Shown one piece after another: positions 25,000-37,695 of a stretch of 64,000 bases of DNA. Origin of the DNA: Camelus ferus. Its lineage: Eukaryota. Numbering within the stretch: position 1 is the stretch's first letter; each line of letters starts with the position of its first letter. The notes beneath the pieces are model-generated. The model did no database searches and was not told the DNA's origin. It saw only the letters and a program-made list of their open reading frames with translations. The DNA lies in the NCBI RefSeq assembly GCF_009834535.1, contig NC_045697.1:11720001-11784000 (forward strand), in the 5' to 3' direction. The translations under genes were made by a program, and so were the position numbers.

Positions 25000-26640
25000 A
25001 ATAACACATCTGAAGTGCCTGGAATGTAGGGTAGAATACAATCAATGGTCGTTAGCTATTTTTGAACTTTAGAAAAAGTCTGGAATGATACTGTGTAGGT
25101 TCTAAGCGCTACTGAAGGCTTTTCAATAGGAAAGTAGTCTGACTGGGTTTACATTTCAGAAAGATCGCTCCAGCCTCCGAGAGGAAGATGACTGATAACA
25201 CCAGCTGGCGTTTGTTGAGTGCTTCCTAGATCCTAGGCATCGTTCTAAGGACATGACACATCTCACCTCATTTAATGTTCACAACCATCCAATAAGGTCA
25301 TTACTATTGTTTTCCCCGTTTAACAGATGTGGACTTCAGGCAAGGGAGGCTAAAGAGCTTGCCAAGAAAGTCTTAGCCAATTACCAGTGAAAACATGTTT
25401 CAGATCCAAGCAGTCTGACTTCAGACCCCACGATTTGATGTCGACGCCTTTGACTTGAAACAGGAGACAGGGACACCTAACTCTATACCAGGTAGGGGAC
25501 TATCGAATTAATATGAATCTATGTGACAGACCATGACGATATAGACATAGGAACAGTAAGGGCTGAGAGATATTTTGGTACAAGATAAAAAATGGAGTTT
25601 TAAATAGAGGGTAGGGGGAGCAAGGATAGGAAGGTGAAAGATTCAAGAACGTTTGGAGTTTCTGGCTTAGATAACTGAGGGGAAATTTGTATCGTTAGCC
25701 TGGATGAGGGGTAGGTGATGAACAAGATTTGGTTTCAGACACGCTGAGAAGTTCTAGATGCAGACACGTTTGCTGAGCAATGGCTCTAGTTTTAGGAGCT
25801 GGGAGACAGATGCAGTAGGTTTCAGGTACAAGCTCTTGTCTCTTTAGCTGTGTGACCCGGGGCACTTTAACCCTTCAAGTCCCAGTCTCCTCATCTGTAG
25901 AACAGGGTTACCAAAACTTCCCTGCCAGATTTTTGTGTAAGTCTCAAGTGAGAGAATGAACAGAAAAATATGTTGTTGGCTATTAAACACACACACACAA
26001 ACAAACAATGGGATTTAAGAAGCCCTCGGTGCTTTAGTAAAAGAATTCAGCCTCATATAGATAAAGTGTGTCAATAAGGTCAATCCTTCCTGTACTTGGT
26101 TAACATTTGATCTCCTCTGATGAGTGTCAGCAGTTAGAAAAATAATGAGAAATCAAAATGGCTTTATGGATTCAAGTTTTTAACAAAATCTATATTTTCA
26201 TAGTTTTTTTTTTAAATGGCTTGAATTGGCTCTCTGAAATCAATACACTGCATTTACAGAGATACTTGAGGAAAAAAGAACAGTGGCTTTTTTAGGATCA
26301 ATAGTAAGTGACTTGATTCTTATCCAGGCAATGAGCAATCCAGGTTAACTCTTGGGAGCGGGGAGAAGTTGTGTTCAAAACTCAGGCTTGTTCCAATCTT
26401 GCTCATCCTCAAGGTCCAGCATCCCTGCCACCTTCAAGACAGAGTAGGATAGTCTTTAAGAGCACCGGCTTTTTTTAAGGGTACTTTTATTCAGGCAGAA
26501 ATGGTTCATGCAGCAGTTTTATCACTTTTTAGCTCTGTGATTGCAGCAAGTTATTCAGCCTCTTTCAGCCTTAATTTCCTTAATTTGTAAAATGAGTATA
26601 ATAAAATATCATAGCATAATAGATGGTGGTTGGGATTTTT
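25000..26640. mobile_element. MIR and L2 fragments
   Basis: MIR(-) 25200-25430, L2(-) 25450-25780, MIR(+) 25790-25990 and 26440-26640, each with core motifs such as 'cagtctcctcatctgtagaacaggg'. Confidence 0.65.
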
Positions 26641-26650
26641 TAAAAATACA

Positions 26651-27058
26651 TGTGTCTTAGCTCAAGTCTCGCATCTAAGACCCTCAGGTGGAGACTGTGC
26701 ACAGGAAGCTTTTTGGAGAGTGTTACCCAAGTCAGCAGCAGTGGGGTAGCAAGGGGTTCAGGACTGGACAGGGGGACATATTGCATGGGATGCAGTCACA
26801 CCAGAGGCCTCAGCTGATTCCCTGGGGGGCTCTGGAGCTGGAATAGCCCTTCCAAGTTGTCTGGAAGTAAGTCAAAGAGCTGGTCCTCTGTCATCTACTA
26901 GTCATTGGAGGCAGGCTACTACCTCCCAAGAGGAAGAATAACCCAAGATGAGGCAAGGTTTTACAATTCCTGTAAACTACCAGCTGTCAACACCAGCCAA
27001 GAGCTGGAAGAACAATTCTAAAGGGTGATCTGAGTGGTACAAGGCAGCATCCACTATA
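26651..27058 (-). mobile_element. LTR16-like ERVL solo LTR
   Basis: 'gatgcagtcacaccagaggcctcagc...ggctctggagctggaatagcccttc', 'agtcattgga', end 'gcatccactata'. Confidence 0.8.
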
Positions 27059-27430
27059 ACGTAGAAAAGAAGTCAGCCCTAGATTGTAAACACCACAGAA
27101 GTAACCACCTTCCCTGCTATTTGGTGCCTCTTCCAATGCTAGTTCTAAGCATATATTATGTGCTTAACAAATGTTAGTTGAATGCAGAGAAGATGCACAA
27201 TGTGTTAGCTATGATGATGATTAACAAGCCTTCCCTGATACTTCCTGAAGGAAGGTATCCTGCACCCTCATTACTTGATCCTGTCTTTCTTATTCCCTTA
27301 TTCTATTCAACCTTGCTATTCAATTATTAATATTCCACACCATTCCACAAAACATAAGCTAACTCCCTAATTTTATCTTCTCCGATATTATATGTCACTC
27401 TTTAGCTGAAAGAAGTAAGAAAAAGAGTCT

Positions 27431-28061
27431 CCTAATTTGAAAAGACACATGTACCCTAATGTTCATAGGAATACTATTTACAATAGCCAAGACATGGAAG
27501 CAACTTAAACGTCCGTCAACCAGTGACTGGATAAGCAATTCCAGTCCTGGGCATATATCCAGAGGGAACCTTAATTCAAAGAGATACATGCACCCCAATG
27601 TTCACAGCAGCACTATTTATGATAGCCAAGACATGGAAGCAACTTAAATGTCCATCAACAAATAACTGGGTAAAGAAATTGTGGTGTACACACACTGTGG
27701 AATACTACTCAGCCATAAAAAAGAATAAAATAATGCCATTTGCAGCAACATGGGTGGACCTCAAGATTGTCATACTAGATGAAGTAGGCAGACAAGGACA
27801 AATATCATCTGGTATCACTTATATGTGGAATCTTAAAAATGACACAAATGAACTTATTTACAAACAGAAACAGACTCACAGACATAGAAAAGAAACTTAT
27901 GGTTGCCAGTGATGAGAGAAGGAGTGGATGAATAAATTGGGAGTTCAGGATTTGCAGATACTAACTACTGTATATAAAATAGAAAAACAATTATGTTCTA
28001 GCACAGGGAACTGTATTCAATACTTTGTAACAGCCTATAATGAAAAAGAATATGAAAAGGA

Positions 28062-28104
<43 letters not shown>

Positions 28105-28185
28105 AGAATCACTATGCTGAACAGAATCACTATGCTGTGCAGAAATTAACACACTGTAAATCAACTATACTTCAATTAAAAGAAA
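27431..28185 (+). mobile_element. Cetartiodactyl/camelid L1 3' end (ORF2 C-terminus + 3'UTR) with internal duplication and (TA)n
   Basis: ORF2 C-terminus MFTAALFMIAKTWKQ..CPST.NW.KKLW..HT.EYYSAIKKN; 3'UTR 'gacacaaatgaacttatttacaaacagaaacagactcacagacatag'. Confidence 0.92.
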
Positions 28186-28449
28186 GAATTACTCTTTCAT
28201 TGTTAGGTCTTCCAGTAGACTATAAGTTGCCTGAGATCTGGGACCATGCAATGCCATTATCTGGAGGCAAGACCAAGCCAGGATGTGCGAACACAGGTAA
28301 TCCAATTATTTACAACAAGCATCCGTTCTGACTGGCCTGGTCCATCCTGAATGCTCAGTATGCATTGCCATAGCAGTTGTCAAGAATTTTGAAAATCACT
28401 TCCGCTTGCCTTCAGGGCTTAGCACAGGTCCTGAAGAATAGTAGATACT

Positions 28450-28837
28450 TGTAATGGGCTGAATTATGTCCCCAAAATTCATATGTTGGTATCTTAACCC
28501 CCAGTACCTCAGAATGTGACTGGATTTGGAGATAGGACCTTTTAAAAGATGATTAAGTAAAAAGGAGGCTGTAATAGTGAGCCCTAATCCAATCTGGCTG
28601 GTGTCCTTAGAAGAAGAGGAAATTTAGACCCCAAAAGAGACACCAGGGATGACTGTGTGAGGACCCAGCGAGAAGGCAGCCTTTGGCAAGCCAGAAAGAA
28701 AAGCTTTAGAAGAAATCAAACCAGCCAACACTTTGACCTTGGACTTCCAGCCTCCAGAACTATGAAAAAATTAATTTCTGTGTTTAAGTCACGCACTCTG
28801 TGGTATTTTGTCATGGCAGCCTGAGCAAACTAATACA
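28450..28837 (+). mobile_element. MLT1B-like solo LTR
   Basis: TG...CA ends; 'cccagtacctcagaatgtgact', 'ggacttccagcctccagaact', 'caaactaataca'. Confidence 0.9.
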
Positions 28838-30120
28838 GTGCTTCATACATTTTTGATTGATATATTGGTTACTTAGGGCTCAGGAAGGTAAAGGGCAGAA
28901 TTGATTATTTCATACACCATCCAACAAATATTTACCAACACTGCCATATGACAGGACCTGAGCTCTGTGCTGGGTAACATAACAAAAATAAATAAAATGT
29001 GGCCCCACGAACTTGTGAACTAACAGCAATTGCATTAGAGGAGTAAAGGAGAAATGTAAAATTGCTGGGACCCAGGAGGAGAGGGCAATGCCAGCCCAGG
29101 GGAAGGTTTCAGTCCGGTAAAGAATCCCAGGAGCCCAGCTGCATGATGCTGGAAGGGGCAGAATGACGCAGACAACACACCATCTCGAAGGCCTGGTATG
29201 TAGACTCCAGGCCATAAGGGACAAAGAGAACTTGGCCTTGCTCAAATCCGCCTTTCCAGATCCATCTGTCCCTGGGCTCCCGATAACTGGTCACCCTGGG
29301 GATAATGAGATGATTTGCAGTGTGCTGGCTCATTAAAGCTTTAAAGAGGTCTCACTGCGTAGAAACAACCCTCCCCCCGTGATCCAGCAAATTGAGTAGA
29401 GCGTCCAGTTGACACTGAGAAAGCACGGGCAACACATCCCGTTGCCTTGGCAACCAGGCCCTTCCCCAGTCTGTGATACTATCATTGAAAAAGAAAAAGC
29501 CACAGGCAAAGAAGGAAACTGGACATAAAGGCAACATTTGGCTTAATTAGCTCCATCTTAGGAAAGGGTCTTGGAAGAAATCTGGGGTTGGGGGTGCAGG
29601 GGCAAAGATGGGATCACAGGGAGATGAACTCAGTTGTAAACAACAGGAATTGTATCCAACTTTGAGAATTTCTTGGGTTCAGCAGTTCATCTTCCATTGA
29701 CAAGGTTGCAGTGAGCATAAATAATTGAAATGGTTGCAACCCCAGAGCACCTCATTGGCTGAGTCCTCCCACCACCTCTGCAAGACAGAAAACTCTGGAG
29801 CCAGAGACAGGAGAGCCCCTGCCCCCATCGGGTATTTGAAAGTGGCTTGAGTTACCAGCTTGCGGCATTGCTGAAACTCCCACCCCCTTATACCCATCCA
29901 GAAGAGCTGAGACCACCAAAAGGACTGAAGGTGGTTATAAGGAGAACCCAAGGGTTCTCTTAGTTTAGAAAACACATTTCCCAGATTCCTCTAGAACCTA
30001 GAGACCCTCACTCTCTCATGTTTCAGTTCCAGTCTGTGAATAATTCTCTCTTCTCTTAAATACACTTCTCATATTTAAGACTCAATCCTTTGAGAGCATT
30101 GTATTCCCCCGCAATTTTTT

Positions 30121-30193
30121 TGGAGGTACTGGGGATTGAACCCAGGATCTCATGCACGTAAAACACATGCTCAGCCACTGAGTTATACCCCCA
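30121..30193 (-). mobile_element. tRNA-Ala-like camelid-type SINE
   Basis: 'ggaggtactggggattgaacccagg...ccactgagttatacccc'; near-TSD cccccgcaatttttt / cccctacaatttttt. Confidence 0.8.
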
Positions 30194-30979
30194 TCAACCC
30201 CCTACAATTTTTTTAAATAACTAAAACTAGAGCAAATAACAGTGTATATGTTTCCCCCAAACATTTTTCTGGTCAAGTCACCCCTTGTCTTTTCAGCCTA
30301 TCACCAGAATGTCTTTTTCCTTACACTTTAATCCAGTATTTCTGTTATAAAGTAAATGAATGAGCACAGACCAAGCTCCCGAACACGTCAAGAAACAATG
30401 ATGGAGTTTAGCAGAAAATGGCTCATAGAAAAATTTTATGAGCCACAAATGTTATATTTTATCCTACAATGTAGGCGGCCTCCCTCCATCACGCCCCTGC
30501 CCCCCACCCTCCCCCAGATGCCTCCATTTCCCACAGACACTCCGTTGCTCATTAATCCAGCACAAGAGTTGAATTTTTCAGATGTTGTTTTACGTTCCTG
30601 GTCATTGTTTCTTATAAAGTCTTATGAGCTGACTTCCTTGAAGTCCAGAAAATTAATAAAATAATCATGCATGGGAATGCTCCTTTATAAAGAAGAAGCC
30701 TATTGTTTGAAGGGACAAGCAGGTGGATCCACAAAGGGTCAAAGCCACGCAAAATCAAACACTAACGCCAAGTTCTAAAACATTCGTATTCCCCTGACTG
30801 CAGTGAAAGCTAGATGCGTCCTAATGAAATCACTAAACACTTAATCCTTGTGCTTAGTGAAGGGAGATCATTGTTTCATCTCAGCGTGCTGCTTTAAGAA
30901 AGTTTTTTGTTTAATCTGGCTTCACTGATCCCATTGATTTGGGGCATGACAAAACCTCTGTTTAGAGCTAGACGTCTAA

Positions 30980-31300
30980 GAGAGGCAGCATGGCATGATA
31001 CTGAGGACATAGGCTCTAAAGTCAAACAGATCGATGTGCAGGTTTCATTCTGGGACTTAGTTAAGATGCTTAACCATTCAGAGATGTAGGTGCCTCGCTG
31101 CCACGTGGAAGCAATCATATCTCATTGGTGGTGTTTGTTTTAAGAGTTAAGTAAGATTTTACTTCTAAAGTGCCTAACACAGCATTGGGCAGAGAAGACG
31201 CTTGATCAATTTTAGGAATAATGACCATAATAGTGACAAAGGGGACCACTACGATGACGATGATGGTGATGGATATGATGATGAAGGTGAGGATGGTGAT
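30980..31300 (+). mobile_element. MIR with a degenerate (GAT)n tail
   Basis: 'gaggcagcatggcatga...ggctctaaagtcaaacaga' followed by a GAT/GGT-rich run at ~31215-31300. Confidence 0.7.
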
Positions 31301-33149
31301 GCTGAAAGAAAAGGACCAAGAGCAGCTATTATCCACCTGCACAATCCCACTGAACAGGCTCCTCAACTCTTAGAGTTAAAAAAAGAGTAAGCAAGTGCCA
31401 CACAGCCACCAATTCTGAGCCAGAGTCAGGACAGGACAGGACAGGACAGGAGATCAGAGAGGGAGCTTTGATGCACATGCACACGCATGCAGATGAGAAC
31501 TTCACCTCCAATAAATCAGCCTTCTCCGGGCAAGCCCCACCCCCAGCATGATGCAATCATGAATCAAAGCATCTATGGTGGGGTCCTTCCATAGACCTGT
31601 CTGCACCACAAGGCAGGCATCGCAGGCCTGGGCTCCCATCTTGTTTACGGATGCTTGGAGGGATCTGAAGCTCTCAGCAATTTCTCAGCTGCCTGAGACC
31701 AGGAAATCTACCCCAGTACAGTATTACAAAAGTTGATCTTTATCACCTGATTCATATTTGTATTAACAATTGAAAACACGAATAGTGTCTCTTTTTAAAT
31801 ATGAGATTCAGTGGAGGTTGGGGAAGAAGGAAAACCAAAGGTGAACTCTGCTATGAGGGGTGGTGGCAATAAATGTCACCAAGTGGGAAATACTCGAGCC
31901 CTGTTCCCAGAAACCGGGAGGCAGTAGCTCAAGGCAGAAAAATGACCATAATTGTATTGCTCAGAAGCTGACAGCACGCATAAATCTGGCACATTAAGCC
32001 CTGCCCGTGGATTCGCTTTCCAAATCGCATTTTGGCAGCATCCTTTCTGGGAGCTAGAACCCCCCTCTTTCTGCCTGGAGATTTCAGGTAAATTCCGTCC
32101 CTGCAAAAGGTCATTGTTTCAGGCTTTTGCTTGCTTTGCTTGTTCTTTGTTTAGGCAGCACTGAGTCCTACATTTTACCTGGTGAATTACCAGCCACAGG
32201 GAAGAAGGGCAGACAGTGTTTGGGTTGGGGTCTCTCTGCTTCAAGTGGCCATTGTGTGTGTGATTTCTCCCTGCTCCCTCCCAGACAAGTCCCATTTGAA
32301 CCTGGGCTTAAGTAATAAACCTCAGAAAACCACTGCTCAAGCAATTTCCACATTACTAAGCCAGCCTTCTCAGTCAACTGGGCTTTAAGACTTCATTGGG
32401 AGATCATGCTGGTGTATACATGTATTTAGGAAAATGCATTCAACATTTGTCATGCTGAAGAAAGGATTGGACTGTGTCTGGGAAAATCTCTTTTTCACAG
32501 AGCAAATGCTGGAGAGAGAGGGAGGAATCTTAAAGTCACTTTTGAAATACAAAGACAAATTATAAACATTCCTTTTAGTGGCAAGTTTTACACTTTGGAA
32601 TGCATTTTAAACCTCTGGATTTGGTAGCAATCAAAGCATGAGAGTACAAGATTCTGTATTTAAAAGGCCTCAGTGCTCTCAAGTTTTAAGTCCTAGCAGT
32701 AAAAAAAAAAAAAAAAAAAAAAAAATAGAAAAGAAAAAAGAAAGTTTCCAGAGAGACCTTCTCTGTTCAGAGGAACACTTTGAACATTACCATCCTCTGA
32801 ATTTCTGTGTTGAGACCCAGGACCAAACACAAGGTAATGGTGGGAAGGCACCGCCGGGGAGTCAGATAGAGAAGCCTAGGGGGTCGGGGAAGGGGGTGGT
32901 CAGGCCCATCCCTCCCCACTGTACCATCTGCCCCTCACCAAGTCGCAGTGCCCCTCACCATCATCCCACAAGAGCATGATAACACTCGGAAACATGAGAG
33001 ACCATGAAATAGAATAAGTGAATCCAGAAGGGTAAATTGTCGAATACAATTGCATGTATTCTGAGGTCATGTCAATACCACAGTTTGCTCAAGATCAAGA
33101 CCAAAATGAAACATAAACCAAGAGTACTATCTCATAGAGATCTACCTCC

Positions 33150-33426
33150 GTCAGCAGGCCTGAGAACCAAGCGTGCCAAGAGCAGGAGAAAATCAACGTC
33201 CCATCCCCATGGCCAAACTCCCTCCACGTTTTTGTTCTGTTCAGGCCTCAGCTGATTAGTTAGGCCCACCCACACAGGGGAGGCCATCCGCTTTACTCAT
33301 CCACAAATGCACCTGCTAATCTCATCCAGAAACACAGCCTCACAGACACACCCGGAAACAACGTTTAAACAGCTATCTGGGCATCCCATGGCCCAGTCCA
33401 GCTGATGCATAAAGTTAACCATCGCA
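33150..33426 (-). mobile_element. MLT2-like ERVL LTR (partial)
   Basis: 'aggcccacccacacaggggagg...ctttactca', 'ctcacagacacacccggaaacaa', 'cataaagttaaccatcgca'. Confidence 0.85.
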
Positions 33427-34245
33427 TCTGCCCAGAGCGGAAGTTACAGAAGGAACACTGCCAGCTTCTCCCCACTCCTTCACTCTCAAGTTCAAGAAAA
33501 GAGTAGGATAACTCATCTGACTGGGGAATTGGGGGAGCACTGAGACTCAGCTCAGGCCCTGCCAGGAGGCTGTATTTAAAAGCCAACCTTCAGACTCATA
33601 TTCTCTGTTCGTCCACTTGGGTCCATGGGTGAGACACCAGGCACACTCCTCCCCTGTTCCTAACCGGCCTTACCTAGGTCCCAACCACGTCTGCTCCCAC
33701 AGGCCCTTGCCCCTTTGCTCCGAGGCATCTTGGGAAGAATTCTGTTTCTTTCTACCTCTCTCAGTCCTAGTTCCTTCCCAGGGTCTCCATGGTCATTTAT
33801 GCAGAGATGAATAAAAACATACTTCTCAGACAAGATCTTCCCCTCCTCGTTAATATTGCTCACCCAGCCCAGGCAATCTGTGTTTGAGAAAAACGCTGAA
33901 CTCTTCCAAACCATGTGAAAAATCTATTGCTAAAATCCCAGCAGGAGGGGCTACAACCATTCCCCAGGATTTACTATCACTTAGTACATATTTTAAACAC
34001 CAAAAGTACCATTCTCTTGTGTAGCTGGAAGTCCTTGACAGATGCCAGCATGGATGCCTGACATCAAAGGCAGCAAGCACTCCCACTGATCCACATTTTC
34101 CAGTAGGGAAGCCAGGGAGCTTCTGCATTTCTGTTCGGCTTAGTGACTTTGCTGGGATTACAAAGCCCCTCAAAAGAATTAGGTTCAAAACTTTAAAAAG
34201 CTCATGAACAGGGAAAAATAGCTTTATCTTACAGGAATATGGCAG

Positions 34246-34743
34246 TGCATTCATTTTTCATTGTTGCTATAGAAAGTTATCACAAACTTAATAGCTTAAT
34301 AAAGAAAAACATGTTATCTTACAGTTCTGGATGTCGGGAGTCCAGCCCAGGTCTCACTGGGCTAAAATCAAGGTGTCACAGGGCTGTGTCCCTCTTTGGA
34401 AGCTCTAGGGAAGAATCTATTTTCTTGTCTTTTCCAGCTTCTGGAGGCCACCTACATGCCTTGGCTCACGGCCCCCTCTGCCATCTTCAAAATCAACAGT
34501 GTTGAATCTCTCCATCCATTCTTCCATAACCTCATCTCCCTCCTACTTTCCTATTCTACGTCCCTCTCCCACTTATAGGAACGGTTGGGACTACTTTGGA
34601 AAATCCAGCATGATCTCCCTACTTCAAGGTCAGATGAACAGCAACCTTAATTCTTTATACAGCCTCCATGTAACCTGACACATTCCACGTCCCAGGAATT
34701 AGGACATGGATGTCATTGGAGGACCATTATTCTGCCTTCCATA
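34246..34743 (-). mobile_element. MLT1D solo LTR with perfect 5-bp TSD
   Basis: TSD ggcag at 34241-34245 and 34744-34748; 'gggctaaaatcaaggtgtc', 'gaattaggacatggatgtc'. Confidence 0.9.
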
Positions 34744-34789
34744 GGCAGGTAACATACAAGAGTAAAACAGGCCAGACACAAGCCCAAAA

Positions 34790-34924
34790 CTAGACACTAA
34801 TTTTTATGTGAAATCTTTTGATACTTAAACATTAGCAGCCAAGTCAAGTTAAACCCAAAACATTGTCCAAGTCAGACCCCTCTGGTGGCCACGTTTGCTG
34901 TTCGGCTCTAGTTTGCAACCTCTG
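34790..34924 (-). mobile_element. MER102-like hAT-Charlie end
   Basis: 'tttttatgtgaaatct...' through terminal 'agtttgcaacctctg'. Confidence 0.6.
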
Positions 34925-36116
34925 TTTTATAGCATAAGGGCAGCGATTCTTAACCTTTTATCCACCTCCAAAAGTCCCTTTTGATTTCTCCTACTTAAAC
35001 TCTCAGGTTTTAAAAGATCCAAACAAATAAATAAATAAATGCTATTTACTGAGTAATGCTTTATTTTCCAAAATTTTATTAATCAAAGAAGCAGATTAAC
35101 ATCTATGCTGTTCTGTAAAATAGGGCTTATTACTAATAAAAGCCAATGTAAACTGAGCACTTACTAACTGCCAGGAGCTGTGTTAAGTGCTTTCTAAGCA
35201 TTAACTCCCTGAATCCTCACAATTGCATGAGATCAAGACTATTATTTCTCTCATTTTTATCAATGTGAAAATCAAGGCTCAAAGAGCTGTGTCCCCAAAG
35301 TCACACAATCAGTGAGTGGCCAAACCGTAATTCAAACCTAGGTCTGATTGCAAGAGCTGCAGTTTTAACCATTATGTTATTCTTCCAATAAACTCCTAAC
35401 AAAAAAAAATAACAAGATGGTTTCATGTGCTTGTACCACCTGATGGTGGCAAATGGATGTGAGTTTCTTTGGGGTGTTGAGAATACTATGATTTTATGTC
35501 ACTATTCCTTTGGCCACCACAGAGGACCATCCAGGAGTAGGATTGAAATAATTCAAGCAATAGAGGGGTGACATATAGATACCCTTCCATCAGATGAAGA
35601 AATTGCCAAGGTAATCTGAAAGTTATCACTTCACTTGAAAGAAATTCATAATAGATTGGGCATCATACACAGGAGACTTCAACCATGCAAGAAAAAAAAA
35701 GTCTTAAAAATGAATTTTGTTTCCTGAGAGCCTTTCCACACAATTTGAATTTCAGAGTTGAACAACCACTAAAGACATCTGACTTCCTGGCGGCTCAGCT
35801 GCCCTGCCTGAGCCTGAAACAGTTCTAGATGTTTTCTGGAAGCCATTGCACCTGGAACAGGTGCACCTTATCATCTTAGAAATATGCAGGGCACAACGTG
35901 ATTGCAAATAGGGTGCAATGCTGTATACTCGAACACAAGCACAGTCATTAATCACCTCAGCCTCCCCGGACTGACACAGCCTGGCCCAGATGTTACACTT
36001 TCTGAATGTAGCGCTGTAGAGCTTGAACAAAGGGCAGTCACTCAGCTGTCTCTGGGAGTCACGTTCAAGGCTGAGAGCCTAAGTCTCGAGACAATCCTGA
36101 AGAAAAATGGGAGACA

Positions 36117-36232
36117 GGCAAGGAGAGAGAGAGGGAGGGAAGGAAGGAAGGAAGGAAGGGAGGGAGGGAGGGAGGGAGGAAGGAAGGAAGGGAGGGAGGG
36201 AGCGAGGGAGGGAGGGAGAGAAGAAAGAAAAT
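36117..36232. repeat. Purine-rich (GGAA)n/(GGGA)n microsatellite
   Basis: Directly visible. Confidence 0.95.
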
Positions 36233-36257
36233 AAATAAGTATCTTGCTCAGGAAATA

Positions 36258-36610
36258 TGTTGGAGTTCTAGTGTGTCTCATATCCAAGTTCTTCTTCCAG
36301 GCACAGAAGGATTATCACATGCCCTTACCTTCTTTATAGGTAGGTGACGTCATGTGACAAGTTTGCTCTGAAATGTTTAATTGCTGGCATAGTCCCCTCA
36401 GAATTCTCTTCTCCTAATGGGATAGTCTTACAGGAATCAGAAGCCTTGTGATGAGGTGAGGAAGCCACAGCATTGAAGCTTTATCTTGAAGAGTTGTCCA
36501 GAAGATCAGTGGACTTGAGCAAGCAGGAGCTATACTTTGGTTTTGTAAGCCACTGAGATTTGGCGGTGTTTTATTAATGCAGCATCACTTATCTTAACCT
36601 GACTAATATA
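36258..36610 (+). mobile_element. Old MaLR LTR (MLT1H/I/J-like)
   Basis: 'catgtgacaagttt', 3' end 'aagccactgagatttgg...gcagcatcac...cctgactaatata'. Confidence 0.7.
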
Positions 36611-37269
36611 CGAAATTAAAGGCAAAGCTTGCTCGAGCCAACTCACAAGAGAATTTTTTTAAATGTTTCTAAAGCAAAGTTGCACACTGGCTAGGACCTA
36701 ATCAGGGCTCAATAAATACTTGCTGAATATTGTATGAATGGTTTTTCTCAACTACTATTTAGTGATAAGTCATCTCTTATACAAAATGTTTCCCACTGCT
36801 CTCCATCTCATATCTTCCATCTTCCTTTGCTTTTAATCACTGTCTCAAAGAGTTGTTATGAGGATTAAGTGAGATGATACATGTAAGGTACCTTCAATGG
36901 TATGAGCACATGGTACTCAATAAATGTGAGCTAATGGTGGTGATGGTGCTGTTAGTGCTTTATTATTCCTCCCAATCTCCATCCTCATGATGTTAATTAG
37001 ATCCACTTCTCCTCCCTCACCCTGTCCCTGCTCCTCTCTACATCCAAATTCTGCCCAACCTTCAACAGCCAGCTCAAGTCTTATCTTCTCCCAGTTGTGA
37101 ATTTGTCACCCAGCTTGATCTCTCCAATCTGAAAAACTAACACACTGAGCTAATACCCCCAGTTCAACCCACTGTTTTGTGAATTTTGTGTGTGTAAAGT
37201 GAGCAGCAGTTCTTTCGTCTGTCAATATGCCTATCAAATGGGAATAATACCACTTTTCTTTTAGTGAAG

Positions 37270-37695
37270 TTTCCTCCCCCTCAGTTCAACTCCTTGGATC
37301 AGTGGATTGTAGTAAACTGACTCCCCTCCTGATTGAATATGATCTGATCCAAGAACCAGATCCCATGACCCATGCCTGGCCAACCAGAATTTCTACCCAG
37401 ATTCTCTTTACATTGGAGTTAGGGCAAGAGTTCTTTCTTCTTGGGCTATACTATCAAATTTTGCTTCTGGACACTACTAATTGTTACTTTCTCTCCTCCT
37501 AAGAGGGCTGGATGCAGTAAGTAAAATGAAGCTGACACTCAGAGAGAAGTCAAGCCCAAAAAAAGGTCCCTGGTTTCAGTTGCCCCAAGCCCTACCTCTT
37601 CCTTCCCATCTACCCAAGAGAATTAATTTCCTCTTTTGCCTAAACTAGTTCCAGTAGAGTTTTCATCACTTGCAGTCAAGAATCCTGACTAATCC
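37270..37695 (+). mobile_element. Old MaLR LTR (MLT1K/L-like)
   Basis: 'catgacccatgcctggccaaccaga', 3' end 'ttttgcctaaactag...tcacttgcagtcaagaatcctgactaat'. Confidence 0.65.

Noticed and set aside
31202..31390. Acidic ORF (DDDDGDGYDDEGEDGD) resembling the SET acidic tail
   Set aside because: Degenerate (GAT)n at a MIR tail, on the opposite strand and ~12 kb from the retrocopy
35902..36287. ORFs with REGG/PSL repeats
   Set aside because: Translations of the GGAA/GGGA microsatellite
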